Shown piece by piece: positions 44,605 to 54,694 of a stretch of 64,000 nucleotides of DNA. The notes beneath the pieces were generated by a model. That model ran no database searches, was not told the origin of the DNA, and was given only the letters and a program-made list of their open reading frames with translations. A program made the translations under genes and the position numbers. Numbering within the stretch: the first letter of the stretch is position 1; every line of letters begins with the position of its first letter. The stretch comes from Candidatus Uhrbacteria bacterium RIFOXYB12_FULL_58_10 (lineage in GTDB: Bacteria; Patescibacteriota; Patescibacteriia; UBA9934; GWF2-40-263): assembly GCA_943354165.1 (NCBI GenBank), contig CALRBH010000003.1, positions 5,149 to 69,148 of the forward strand, written 5' to 3'.

Positions 44605-45144
44605 ATGTCCGCCTCGCTCGAAGTCATCACCGGCTGCATGAAGTCGGGCAAGAGTGAAGAGTTCATGCGCCGCATTTCGCGCGCAAAGATTTTGCAGTTG
44701 GATACCATCATCGTGAAACCCATGCGCGACACGCGGGTGAAAGCACAGATCTGCTCGCGCAACGGCATCTGTATTGATGCGATCGAAATTGAAACGCCCG
44801 AGCAACTGCTCACCCTTGTCGAAGATCGCCACGCCATCGTCGGGATCGACGAAGCGCAGTTTTTTCCCGAGTCCCTCGTTGCCGTCGTGTCGAAGCTCGT
44901 CCATGAACGCAAGAAACGCGTGATCGTCTCCGGCCTCAATCTGGATTTCCGTGCCGAACCGTTTCCGGTGATGGCAAAACTCCTCGCCCTCGCGACGGAA
45001 GTGCACGTCGTAAAAGCCATCTGTGAAGCCTGCCGCAAGGCTGATGCGTTCCGTAGCCAAAAGATCGGCGGGAGTGCGGAGATCATTGAAATCGGGGATG
45101 TACAATACGAACCCAGGTGCTTAGAATGCTTTGTCCTTCCTTAA
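44605..45144 (+). CDS. tdk: Thymidine kinase
   Basis: GCMKSGKS, IDEAQFF, GLNLDFR.EPF, YEPRC..C. Confidence 0.95.
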   Translation: MSASLEVITGCMKSGKSEEFMRRISRAKILQLDTIIVKPMRDTRVKAQICSRNGICIDAIEIETPEQLLTLVEDRHAIVGIDEAQFFPESLVAVVSKLVHERKKRVIVSGLNLDFRAEPFPVMAKLLALATEVHVVKAICEACRKADAFRSQKIGGSAEIIEIGDVQYEPRCLECFVLP

Positions 45145-45155
45145 TTTCACATCAC

Positions 45156-45827
45156 ATGATCCTTCCAAAACATTTTTGGCCAACCCTTCTGGTTCTCGGA
45201 GTGATCGCCATCTTCGGCTATTCCTACGCCCTTCGTCCGCTTGCCGCGCCGAGTAAGGAGTCGGCGGTAGAATCATCGACGGAAGTGAATACGTTCCAAA
45301 TCGATCCGGCGGCTTCCTCCGCTTCGTTTACCGTTGGTGAAATATTGCGCGGCAAGCCATTCACGGTGGTCGGAACCACTTCGGACGTTTCCGGAGGCGT
45401 AAAACTCGATCCCAAAAACCTAGCGTCCGCGTCCATCGGGGAAATAAGGATCAACGCGCGTACCCTGAAAACCGACGCCGCAGGACGCAACTCCGCCATC
45501 GGACGCTTTATCTTGCAGTCCGAGAAACCAGAGAACGAGTTCATCGTATTTAAGGAGAAGAGCGTTGTCGGGCTGCCAAAGACGGCGACCATAGGTGATG
45601 AGCTCGCCTTCGATGTCATCGGCGACCTTACGGTGAAGGGGACCACGAAGGAAGTGAGTTTCCGCGTAACATCTAAGCTTGCAGACGCCGATACGCTTAC
45701 CGGACATGGGGAAGCCAAGATTCTGTACAAGGACTTCAACCTGACGATCCCTTCGGTTCCGTTCGTGGCAAGCGTGGAGGAATTTATGATGCTCTCGATC
45801 GACTTCACCGCTCGACACGCCAAATAA
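45156..45827 (+). CDS. YceI-family protein
   Basis: FQIDPAAS, GDLTVKGTTKEVSF. Confidence 0.88.
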   Translation: MILPKHFWPTLLVLGVIAIFGYSYALRPLAAPSKESAVESSTEVNTFQIDPAASSASFTVGEILRGKPFTVVGTTSDVSGGVKLDPKNLASASIGEIRINARTLKTDAAGRNSAIGRFILQSEKPENEFIVFKEKSVVGLPKTATIGDELAFDVIGDLTVKGTTKEVSFRVTSKLADADTLTGHGEAKILYKDFNLTIPSVPFVASVEEFMMLSIDFTARHAK

Positions 45828-45828
45828 T

Positions 45829-46764
45829 ATGCAACTCGCTCACGTAAAATACGTTCTTTCTGAGGAGGTCTTTACGGAGCATGCCGGCCGTGACGATTTG
45901 TTTTTGCTGTCGGTGAACCAGACGGCCACGTATCCGATGATCATGCTCACGGTGGCCGTTGTAGTCCTCGTCGCATTTGTGTGGGGAGGGAAGTTGAAAA
46001 TCGTAAAGCGCATTCATGAGGCGTTAGAGAAGAAGTGCAAGGAATACGAGCCACTCTTTCCATGGATGGCCCGATTGTCGCTTGGGATCGCCCTTATCGG
46101 CGCAGGATCGGCGGGTCATCTCCTGTCACCGGCACTTGAAGCTATTCCCGCCGTCGCCACCGCGGAAATCCTCTTTGGGTTCATGCTGCTCGCCGGGTTC
46201 CTCACGAATGCGGCCGCCTGCATGGTCCTTGTTCTGTGGCTGCTCGCCTTTTTCCATGGTCCATACGCGTTCGGTTCACTCGAGGTCGCGGCCCTTGCCC
46301 TTGTTCTTCTTGTCTCGCGCACGGAGAAACCTGGAATTGACGATCTGCTCGGCTTCCGCGCATCTCCGCACTTTGAACGGTTGACGAAATATACGCCGCT
46401 CATTTTGCGCGTCGGTCTCGGCTTCGCGTTTCTTTTTCTTGGGCTCTACGAAAAGATTCTGAACCCGCACGTCGCAGAAGAAGTCGTAAATCTCTACAAC
46501 CTCACGTCGATCGTTCATGTGAAGCCTGCCATGTGGGTTCTCGGCGCTGGCCTCATCGAGGCCGCGATCGGCCTCGCGCTCATTCTCGGCATCCGCACGC
46601 GCGCGGTCACCGCCATCGCCTTCTGTGTCCTCACCGCCTCGTTCTTCTTTTTCAGCGAAGACGTTTCCTCGCATGTGACAATTTTCGGCGCCCTCTCGAT
46701 CCTCTTCGTAACCGGCTCTGGTCCGCATGCGCTTGATGCGTGGATAAAGAAACAGGTGAAATAA
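45829..46764 (+). CDS. DoxX-family membrane protein, duplicated domain
   Basis: Two R.sLG..E...G..L..G..T repeats, many TM segments. Confidence 0.8.
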   Translation: MQLAHVKYVLSEEVFTEHAGRDDLFLLSVNQTATYPMIMLTVAVVVLVAFVWGGKLKIVKRIHEALEKKCKEYEPLFPWMARLSLGIALIGAGSAGHLLSPALEAIPAVATAEILFGFMLLAGFLTNAAACMVLVLWLLAFFHGPYAFGSLEVAALALVLLVSRTEKPGIDDLLGFRASPHFERLTKYTPLILRVGLGFAFLFLGLYEKILNPHVAEEVVNLYNLTSIVHVKPAMWVLGAGLIEAAIGLALILGIRTRAVTAIAFCVLTASFFFFSEDVSSHVTIFGALSILFVTGSGPHALDAWIKKQVK

Positions 46765-46765
46765 T

Positions 46766-47167
46766 ATGTCTGAAAAACGAAATCCTCCAACCGAAAGTAT
46801 GTCCTCCCCAGAAGTTTCCGAATCGCTCAAGCTTGCGAAAGAATATCTCGGAAAGAATGTCGAAGTTGTGATGGACCGTCCGCTTGGAAGCAAGCATCCC
46901 AAGCACGGCTTCGTTTACGAAGTGAACTACGGCTACATTTCAGGGACCAAGTCAGCGGACGGGGAAGAACTCGATGCCTATTTTCTTGGCGTCACAGAAC
47001 CAAAGGAATCAGCGAACGGCCGTTGCATCGCCATCATTCACCGGTTGAACGACGATGACGACAAGTGCATCGTTGTTCCAGAAGGAACCGAATTGACCGA
47101 CGAGGAAATCGATGCCCTTACGAGCTTTCAGGAACAGTTTTTCAAACATACGATTGTGCGGGAATAG
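46766..47167 (+). CDS. Short family-I pyrophosphatase-like protein
   Basis: DRPLGS.HP, YEVNYGY, DGEELDAY, DDDK. Confidence 0.8.
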   Translation: MSEKRNPPTESMSSPEVSESLKLAKEYLGKNVEVVMDRPLGSKHPKHGFVYEVNYGYISGTKSADGEELDAYFLGVTEPKESANGRCIAIIHRLNDDDDKCIVVPEGTELTDEEIDALTSFQEQFFKHTIVRE

Positions 47168-47174
47168 TCGAGAT

Positions 47175-47678
47175 ATGCACCATCCGCAGAAAAACTACGC
47201 ATTTATCGACAGTCAGAATTTGAACCTTGCGATTCGCGCACAAGGATGGAAGTTGGATTTCAGACGTTTTCGAGTACATATTCAAGACAAGTATCACGTT
47301 CAAAAGGCCTATTTGTTTATTGGGTATATCAACGGGAATCAATCGCTATATACAATGCTGCAAGATGCCGGCTTCACTTGCATATTCAAACCGACATTAC
47401 AGTATAAGGACGGAACAACGAAAGGGAATTGTGACGCTGAGCTCGTTCTCTGGTCGATGATTGATTTTAAGGAATATGAGAAAGCAGTGATCGTTTCAGG
47501 AGATGGTGATTTCAACTGTTTGGTCGACTATCTCCTCAAGGAGAAAAAACTCGAGTGTGTATTGATCCCGGATCAACATCGATTTTCTGGCCTGCTGAAA
47601 TTTAAGAAGTTTCGGCCGTACCTTCGGTACATGAATGATTTGCGCGAGAGGCTTTCTACAAAAGAAAGGGCCCCGTAA
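47175..47678 (+). CDS. NYN-domain (PIN-like) nuclease
   Basis: FIDSQNL, KGNCDAEL, VSGDGDF; AT-richer than neighbours. Confidence 0.9.
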   Translation: MHHPQKNYAFIDSQNLNLAIRAQGWKLDFRRFRVHIQDKYHVQKAYLFIGYINGNQSLYTMLQDAGFTCIFKPTLQYKDGTTKGNCDAELVLWSMIDFKEYEKAVIVSGDGDFNCLVDYLLKEKKLECVLIPDQHRFSGLLKFKKFRPYLRYMNDLRERLSTKERAP

Positions 47679-47819
47679 GGACGAGACCTTACAGGGCTTG
47701 CTTTCCGTTGGTGATGAGGAAAGACTATCAGCATTTCCAGTTCCTGTCAACTTGACCCATCAACCAGTCACCCATACTGTATCTATCGTTTAGCCCCCTT
47801 ACCACCCTTACCACCCTGT

Positions 47820-48341
47820 ATGAACTATTCCAAACTTACCCCAGGAAAGGACGCTCCACGCGATATCTACGCCCTCATCGAAATTCCGATGGGTTCATCC
47901 ATCAAATACGAACTCGATAAGGAATCCGGCTCCATCTTCGTCGACCGTTTCCTATTTACTCCAATGGCGTACCCAGCCAACTACGGCGCCATTCCAGGCA
48001 CCATCGGTGGCGATGGGGATCCCGTCGACGTTCTCGTGATCGCGGACCAGTCCGTCGTTCCAGGAAGCGTGATTCGTTGCCGCCCAATCGGCGTCCTCAA
48101 GATGGAGGACGAGGGTGGCATGGATGAGAAGATCGTTGCGGTTCCGCACGACAAGCTCTCGCTCACCTACAAGGATGTGAAGGAACTCGGGGATCTTCCA
48201 GAGATCCAGGTGAAGCAGATGATCCACTTTTTCGAGCGCTACAAAGACCTCGAACCTGGAAAGTGGATCAAAGTTACAGGTCAAGGCGACGCGGCAGAAG
48301 CGATGAAATTGATTGAAGAAGGAATCGCTCGGGCGAAATAG
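47820..48341 (+). CDS. ppa: Inorganic pyrophosphatase
   Basis: KYELDK, VDR, YPANYG, DGDPVDV, DEK, FFERYKDLE. Confidence 0.97.
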   Translation: MNYSKLTPGKDAPRDIYALIEIPMGSSIKYELDKESGSIFVDRFLFTPMAYPANYGAIPGTIGGDGDPVDVLVIADQSVVPGSVIRCRPIGVLKMEDEGGMDEKIVAVPHDKLSLTYKDVKELGDLPEIQVKQMIHFFERYKDLEPGKWIKVTGQGDAAEAMKLIEEGIARAK

Positions 48342-48350
48342 ACAAACAGA

Positions 48351-48381
48351 AAAACGACTATCGAATATCGATAGTCGTTTT
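48351..48381. terminator. Bidirectional terminator
   Basis: AAAACGACTATCGA-ata-TCGATAGTCGTTTT between convergent genes. Confidence 0.85.
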
Positions 48382-48389
48382 CGTTCCGG

Positions 48390-49925
48390 TTAAATAGGAC
48401 GCTTTGTTTTTCCGCGGCGCCAGCTGGTTGGTGGCTGGTAACGCTCTGGGTGGTTTTCTACCGGGTCCTTTGCGCGAGCCGGCGGTTTCTTGCCACGACT
48501 TCCGCCCTTGTAGGGTGGGCGGGAAGAGTTCGTTGATCCGGTTGAACCGGTCGAACCTGCTGATCGTGATCCGTATGAATTACCGGTGCGTGCAGGAGCG
48601 GATGTGCCTGTGCGTGCTGGATAGGCATTCCCTGTGCTTGTGCGTGCAGGGTACGAACTTCCGGTACGTGCCGGGTAGGCATTACCAGACGAACGCGCTG
48701 GAGCGGCGTTGCGGCCGTATCCGCCGGACGAACGACCACTCGATTGTCCGCCGCGGTATCCGCGGGCTGGTTCGCGTTCAATGTACGCGCCTGGAACGAG
48801 AGCCTCAGGCTTGTTGGTAGAAACGCGGGACTTCAGGGTGGTGCGGATCAGGCGTTCGATGAGGCGAATTTCGTTCTTCTCATCTGGCTGGACGAACGAG
48901 ACGGCCTTGCCGGTTTCTCCGGCACGGCCCGTGCGGCCGATGCGGTGCACGTAGTCTTCCGTCTGGTCAGGAAGATCGAAGTTCACGACGAGGGCAATGC
49001 CTTTCACGTCGATGCCACGCGCGGCAATGTCGGTCGCAACAAGTACGCGGACTTTTCCGGACTTGAAGTTGGCGAGCGCCATCTTGCGCTGGGAGAGCGA
49101 ACGGTCGCCGTGGATTTCATCGGCGGAGAATCCAGCCTTTACCAGCTGGAGCGCAAGGCGCTTGGCGCCAAACTTCATGCGGGTAAATACGAGCACGCTT
49201 CCGAGCTCCGCTTCAAGGATTTCCTTGAGTTCGGCAAACTTGGCGCGCTTCTCGACAATCACGATTTCCTGTTCCACGCGGTCCGCGGTGGAACCTTGCG
49301 GAGCGACCTCGATGCGAATGGGAGTACGCATGTGCTTGGACGCGAGGTCCATGATTTCCTTCGGCATGGTGGCCGAGAAGAGCATGGTCTGGCGCTCCTT
49401 TGGAATGAGGTCGAGGATGTGGCGAATCTGCGGCCAGAATCCCATGTCGAGCATGCGGTCCGCTTCATCAAGGATGAGCGTGTTGACCAGGTCGAGCTTC
49501 ATGGTGCGCTGCTCGAGGTGGTCGTTAAGACGACCTGGAGTTGCGACGATCACATGCGGCTTGGCGCCGAGTTCACGCTTCTGCATGCCCATGGAGGCAC
49601 CACCAATCACCACGGCGGTGCGAAGGCCGAAACCCATCGCGGCCTTTTTCAGCTCTTCATCCACCTGCAGAGCGAGCTCGCGGGTAGGAAGCAAAATAAG
49701 GGCCTGACCCTTGGTGCGCGAAATGCGCATGAGGGTTGGAAGGCCGAAGGCAAACGTCTTTCCCGTTCCTGTCTGGGCAATACCCACCACGTCCTTGCCG
49801 TCGATGGCGTGAGGAATGGCCTGGGCCTGAATGGGAGAGGGGATGGTAATCCCGCGGCGCGTGAGCGCCTCTACAAGCTTCTCGGACACGCCAAGTGCGG
49901 CGAATCCACTGGATTCGAGGGGCAT
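48390..49925 (-). CDS. DEAD-box RNA helicase
   Basis: AQTGTGKT, PTRELA, DEAD, SAT, HRIGRTGR; C-terminal tail with YPARTG-like repeats. Confidence 0.97.
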   Translation of the reverse strand: MPLESSGFAALGVSEKLVEALTRRGITIPSPIQAQAIPHAIDGKDVVGIAQTGTGKTFAFGLPTLMRISRTKGQALILLPTRELALQVDEELKKAAMGFGLRTAVVIGGASMGMQKRELGAKPHVIVATPGRLNDHLEQRTMKLDLVNTLILDEADRMLDMGFWPQIRHILDLIPKERQTMLFSATMPKEIMDLASKHMRTPIRIEVAPQGSTADRVEQEIVIVEKRAKFAELKEILEAELGSVLVFTRMKFGAKRLALQLVKAGFSADEIHGDRSLSQRKMALANFKSGKVRVLVATDIAARGIDVKGIALVVNFDLPDQTEDYVHRIGRTGRAGETGKAVSFVQPDEKNEIRLIERLIRTTLKSRVSTNKPEALVPGAYIEREPARGYRGGQSSGRSSGGYGRNAAPARSSGNAYPARTGSSYPARTSTGNAYPARTGTSAPARTGNSYGSRSAGSTGSTGSTNSSRPPYKGGSRGKKPPARAKDPVENHPERYQPPTSWRRGKTKRPI

Positions 49926-50021
49926 ACTTCAAAAAAAGATAGCGACCCGACGCTGGGCCGCTTCTTGCGAATGCCACCAGGATCGAGTCCGTCCCGCATA
50001 AAGCGCGGGCACAACGCAGGA

Positions 50022-50050
50022 AGTATGCCATAAAATGGCTAAACCGTCAA
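50022..50050 (-). promoter_or_regulatory. Sigma70-type promoter of the helicase gene
   Basis: Minus strand TTGACG-17 nt-CATACT with TGn. Confidence 0.55.
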
Positions 50051-50126
50051 TGATCCCGGCCATGAGCTTGTCGAAGGGTTGCCCACCGCAACTTAGACGA
50101 GTAGGGTGGCAACGAGGAGGTGAACC

Positions 50127-50897
50127 ATGAAAGCAAGAATGCAGGTGTTGGCGTATTTCGCTCTTTTCGCTCCAGTGTTTGCTGTTTCCGTCCTGCATGG
50201 ATGGCTCATTATCCTTGAGAGCGGAACCTTGATGCGTCCACGACTGTCATGGTGGCGGCAACTGTGGGGAGGAGTATTTCTGAAGCTGTTCAGTTGGGTT
50301 GTGAATCTACGGATCACGTATGTGATGCCGTCAGAAGAAGATATTGGGTATCTGACCTCCGGCCCGTGCATCGTGGTATCGAACCATGCGAACGTACTGG
50401 ATGCGTTCCTGATTCCGTACGTGGAAGGGAAGCTCAGACTCGGTGAAGTCCGCTGGCTCATGAAAGAACCGCTCAAGCGTGCGTTCGGATTCGGGGCCAT
50501 GTTCCGCTATTCCGGGGCCGTGTTTCTTCAGCGGGAAAAAGGCTCAGAAGATATTTTGAATATCCAAGCAACGGCTGCTCATGCACGATCCCAAGGATTC
50601 TCGATGGGGATTCTTCCGGAAGGCACACGTGGCGCCGGCGCCCTGCTTCCTCCGAAGTCGGGCGGACTCAAGGTCATCGTGCGAAACATTCCCGATGTTC
50701 CCATCGTGAGCATCAGCATTGTGGGTGGTCCTCCGCTCGGATCAGGGAAGACGATGTGGGATGGGGTTGCGTTCTGCGGTCAGCGGATGCATGTCATCGT
50801 ACGGGTGCATCATCCGATCAAAGAAGAGCAGGTCGAGGCGTGGCTTGAGGACGAGTGGGAACGGAAACACGCAGAGCTTGCGGCGGGCCCTCCATAG
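50127..50897 (+). CDS. PlsC-like acyltransferase
   Basis: SNHANVLD (HX4D), PEGTR. Confidence 0.85.
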   Translation: MKARMQVLAYFALFAPVFAVSVLHGWLIILESGTLMRPRLSWWRQLWGGVFLKLFSWVVNLRITYVMPSEEDIGYLTSGPCIVVSNHANVLDAFLIPYVEGKLRLGEVRWLMKEPLKRAFGFGAMFRYSGAVFLQREKGSEDILNIQATAAHARSQGFSMGILPEGTRGAGALLPPKSGGLKVIVRNIPDVPIVSISIVGGPPLGSGKTMWDGVAFCGQRMHVIVRVHHPIKEEQVEAWLEDEWERKHAELAAGPP

Positions 50898-50963
50898 CCC
50901 GCTTTTTTTACAAAGAAAAAGACGCACTGATGTGCATGGCAACCATGATTAAAGCTGAAGCAA

Positions 50964-52082
50964 TCAAGGGGAGAACGTGTTATCGAGCGCGCGCTCAGCT
51001 CCTTTCATGGAAGCATCCGTGAAATCCCAGAAAATATTTTTCGTGAAGTAATTCGTGACCCAGCCGTCTGGAAGAGAATTACGGACCGTGAACGCCAATC
51101 CTTTCGCATCGATCCACTGATGCATGGTTTTTCCGTCAGGACGATTGTGGGTCAATGCATCGTTCACCCCCATGTAACCAGCCCACTCGCTTGCGGTATC
51201 CACCCAGCGCTTATCAATCACAAGCTGACGCAATCCGCGCGTCGCTCGCAGAGCGTTGATCTCGCCGAGCCAATAGCGATTAAGCTCTACGACCTCGATC
51301 CCGGAAGGAACCGCTCCGATTTGAAAGGAGCTGGGAGTAATCGATTCGAACTCTCGCTCTATCAGAGGGGGAGCCGGAGGCATCAGCTGAGCTGAGTTCT
51401 GGGTGGGAGAACCGTCGAAGGCTTGATGAGAAGCGTTCGACTTGTAATCGCCGACAGGTCTGCATCCGTGATCCCTAAACTCTTCTCACGCATGAGCGTG
51501 TAGGCGGCCGGACCATCCTTCAAATAGAACACGCCGCCGTCTGGATGGATGTAATACGCTTCTCCGTGCAGCTGAACGCACAGGACAATGCGTCCCTTAA
51601 GCGAGTTGGTGCGCTCTCCTCCTTCACCAAGGAGGGGTTAGGCACCGCCATCGGGCGGGGCCCCGCCGCGGCGGTGGGGTGGTTGCCGTCGGTGTTGGAG
51701 CAGTCGTTGGTGTAGGGGTCGCGACGGTTGCGCCAGTGTGAGGGAACTTCGCTTCCACGATCGTACGGTCAGAATCCGTAAGCGAAATACTGCCCAGGTT
51801 CAGGAATGTGTTCCAAACCCAGCCAGTTGCTCCGCTCTGAAGGCGGATGAGATACCACTCATGATCTCCTGCGAGAACCATAACCTTCGCGCTGCTCGAT
51901 GCGGTCGCAACCACGGTCGTGTTCTCCTGACAGGGGCCAGTGTGCATGAATACCGCGCTCTTGATCGTCGCGCTTTCCGTCGCTTCACGGTAGGGCTCAG
52001 AGAAACATTCTCCCGCAAGCGCTGGGGCGGGGGAGGTAAAAGAGGCGACAAGGACGATGGCGAGCAATATTCGATATTTCAT
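50964..52082 (-). pseudogene. Fragmented secreted protein: SH3-like domain, PT linker, surface repeat, CAP domain
   Basis: Three co-directional fragments: 52082-51624; a start-less frame LKGRIVLCVQLHGEAYYIHP (about 51630-51385); 51383-50964 with INALRATRGL, truncated. Confidence 0.7.
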
Positions 52083-52129
52083 AGAGAGGTGTATACTTCA
52101 TAACGATACGCTTCTAGCCGTAATTGTTT

Positions 52130-53371
52130 ATGAAACGCCCAACGCTTCTTCCTATTATCCTCACGGTATTCGTGGATTTGGTGGGATTCGGGATTGTAAT
52201 TCCCATCCTGGCGCCTCTCCTTATTTCGCCAGACAGTCCGGTGTTTTCGCCAGACACGCCGTTTGCCGTCCGTACCATCACCCTTGGTGTGATCATGGGT
52301 ATATATCCCCTTGCCCAGTTTTTCGGCGCGCCGATCCTTGGGGTATTCTCTGATCGGTATGGACGTCGATGGCCGCTTCTGTTCACGGTGTTTGTAAATG
52401 CCGTCTGTTACGCCCTGTTTGCTATTGGGATTTCCGCAGGTGCTTTATGGCTCATTATTGGAAGTCGAATCCTCGCAGGTTTCACGGGAGGAAACCTGTC
52501 GATTGCCTACTCGGCGATTGCGGACATCAGCAAGGAAGAGGAGAAGGCGCATAACTTCGGGCTGGTGGGCATGGCGTTCGGACTCGGGTTCATTATCGGG
52601 CCGATTATCGGCGGGCTGCTTTCCGGATCGGGGAGCGCGGCGATCTTTGGGGCGGCAACTCCGTTCTGGTTCGCGTTCATCCTTGGGATAGTGAACGTCG
52701 CCCTCGTGTACGTCCTGTTTCCGGAAACCTTGCAGGCGCGCGTGCGCATTCCCATGAGCCTGCTTACAGGCATGCACAATCTCCGCACGGCTTTTACGAT
52801 GCCGAACGTGCGCATCATGTTTCTCGTGGTGTTCCTGCTCACCTTCGGCTTCACGGCGTTCACGAACTTTTTTCAGGTGTACCTCATCGACAAGTTCCAG
52901 GTGACGGAGCTGCAGACGGGTCTCCTCTTCGGGTGGATTGGGATCTGGATTGCCCTTACACAAGGGGTGGTGACGCGAATATTTTTCCCAAAGACAAAGC
53001 CGACCTCCATTCTCACCTGGGCCATTTTCGGCCTCTCGATAGCCCTCATCGCCATCCTGTTCCCTGTGGAATATTGGCACCTGTATGTGGTAATCCCATT
53101 CATGTCCTTCTTCCAGGGTCTCACACAGCCGTATTCCACCGCCGTGATTTCGAACTTTGCAAATGCGGAATCGCAAGGGGAAGTCATGGGGATCAACCAG
53201 TCCGTCCAATCCATGGCGATGGCGATCCCCGCGCTTGCGGCCGGTGCGCTTTCCGCCTACTCGCCATCAGCTCCTATTATCGCTGCGGCCGTGGTAACCC
53301 TCGTGGCCTGGCTGGTGTTCGTCTTCGCATTTGACGCCAAACGCCGAACAAGGTTCCGTGAGGTTGCTTAG
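52130..53371 (+). CDS. MFS drug/H+ antiporter (TetA-like)
   Basis: D.VGFGIVIP, G.FSDRYGRR, GFIIGPIIGG. Confidence 0.92.
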   Translation: MKRPTLLPIILTVFVDLVGFGIVIPILAPLLISPDSPVFSPDTPFAVRTITLGVIMGIYPLAQFFGAPILGVFSDRYGRRWPLLFTVFVNAVCYALFAIGISAGALWLIIGSRILAGFTGGNLSIAYSAIADISKEEEKAHNFGLVGMAFGLGFIIGPIIGGLLSGSGSAAIFGAATPFWFAFILGIVNVALVYVLFPETLQARVRIPMSLLTGMHNLRTAFTMPNVRIMFLVVFLLTFGFTAFTNFFQVYLIDKFQVTELQTGLLFGWIGIWIALTQGVVTRIFFPKTKPTSILTWAIFGLSIALIAILFPVEYWHLYVVIPFMSFFQGLTQPYSTAVISNFANAESQGEVMGINQSVQSMAMAIPALAAGALSAYSPSAPIIAAAVVTLVAWLVFVFAFDAKRRTRFREVA

Positions 53372-53374
53372 CGT

Positions 53375-53800
53375 ATGCATACACGCGCCGCCGACTATTT
53401 ACGGGACCACGGATTGAAAGCCACCGCCCCGCGCGTGGCGATAGTTGCCGTTCTCCTTAAAGAGAAACGGCCGCTGTCCGTACAGGACCTGCTCGATGCG
53501 CTTCCAAAAAAGACCGCGGACCAAGCCACTGCGTATCGTTCGCTCGAAGCCTTCGCAGAGGCAGGTCTGATCCATCGATTGGATCTCGGCCAAGGAAAAG
53601 CGCTTTACGAACTTTCCGAGGAAGGGGAACATCACCATCATCTTGTCTGTACTTCATGCGGAAAAATTGAAGACGTGGAGGATTGTGAGGTGGAAGCGTT
53701 CGCGAGGCGTGCGCTTGAGGCATCGAAACGATTTGCCGAACTCCATCATCATTCGCTTGAGCTGTTCGGGATCTGTAAAGATTGCGTAAAAAAAAGATGA
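53375..53800 (+). CDS. fur: Fur-family metalloregulator
   Basis: GLKATAPR, ATAYRSL, HHHHLVCTSCG, GICKDC. Confidence 0.9.
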   Translation: MHTRAADYLRDHGLKATAPRVAIVAVLLKEKRPLSVQDLLDALPKKTADQATAYRSLEAFAEAGLIHRLDLGQGKALYELSEEGEHHHHLVCTSCGKIEDVEDCEVEAFARRALEASKRFAELHHHSLELFGICKDCVKKR

Positions 53801-54580
53801 ACCACGAATGATCTCGTGATTCAGTGCGTGTGTGATGGTCAGTCGAGGGCCTTCTGCAGGCGTGCTCGTCTCTTTTGCCGGCTCTTCGACCGGAGGACCT
53901 TCGCTTGAGGAGACGGACAGCCCTTCAACGGACTTGAACGGGTTGTTCTCCCCAGAAAGGCTCGTGCCTTCCGGTGGCGTCTTCTCATCCGACACCTTTT
54001 CCTCCGGCGTTTTCCGGTCGTCGTCGACCACGTCGATCTCTTCCGTGGCGGCCGAAGGTTGCACAGGTTGCTGGATCGGATGGATCTCAGGGAGAACCAC
54101 CTCAGTGACATCGGCGTCGGGACCCACACGGCTGATGGCCCCATCTTCATGGGACATCACCAGTGGATGAGTCGCGCTTTTTTGCGTCCGGCCGCTTTCC
54201 TCGATCATCTGCGTTTTTAGCGCGCGAGCATCGCATCGGATCTTTGAGGCGTCTGACGATCTGTCCTTCACGGTCACCTTCGTGTCCGCGAAGCGAATCC
54301 AGTTTCCTCTCGAGCTTATCCGCACGAGATTTTGGACGTTGATGCGCAAACGGCGGTCAGGGAACTGAGCCGCGACTGCCTTCGCATCCAGACAGGAAAG
54401 CAGGTCGCCATGGCAGAAGAATTCCGTGATTTCCCCTGTAGGATCTTGATCCTTGAACGTGTGCGCAACCTGCGGAACCTCGTGTGTAGCATCGATGTAC
54501 CAGGCCGCAGGGTCGCCCGCGGGAATGATCGTGAACAGAAAGGCGCACATCTGCGCGGGGCCGATACAGATCGCGTTCAT
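53654..54580 (-). CDS. Hypothetical protein with acidic low-complexity C-terminus
   Basis: GGAGGA RBS before ATG 54580; 3' end overlaps fur antisense. Confidence 0.55.
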   Translation of the reverse strand: MNAICIGPAQMCAFLFTIIPAGDPAAWYIDATHEVPQVAHTFKDQDPTGEITEFFCHGDLLSCLDAKAVAAQFPDRRLRINVQNLVRISSRGNWIRFADTKVTVKDRSSDASKIRCDARALKTQMIEESGRTQKSATHPLVMSHEDGAISRVGPDADVTEVVLPEIHPIQQPVQPSAATEEIDVVDDDRKTPEEKVSDEKTPPEGTSLSGENNPFKSVEGLSVSSSEGPPVEEPAKETSTPAEGPRLTITHALNHEIIRGSSFFYAIFTDPEQLKRMMMEFGKSFRCLKRTPRERFHLTILHVFNFSA

Positions 54581-54630
54581 ATGTTCCTCCAGGGCTCGAT
54601 CCTGTCCCAATATATCGGTTTTGTAAATGG

Positions 54631-54674
54631 AAAAGAAACACGCCCCCGAGAGAGTGGGGGCGTGGAGCCAAGTG
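54631..54674 (-). terminator. Terminator module, copy A
   Basis: AAAAGAAA CACGCCCCC-gagagagt-GGGGGCGTG GAGCCAAGTG. Confidence 0.75.
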
Positions 54675-54694
54675 AAGGCCAAGGGCTGGAAGGA

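Noticed and set aside
54648-54655. GAGAGAGT loop matching the motif in the 25-27 kb RNAs
   Set aside because: An 8-mer is expected by chance in 64 kb, and it lies on the non-transcribed strand of a terminator.
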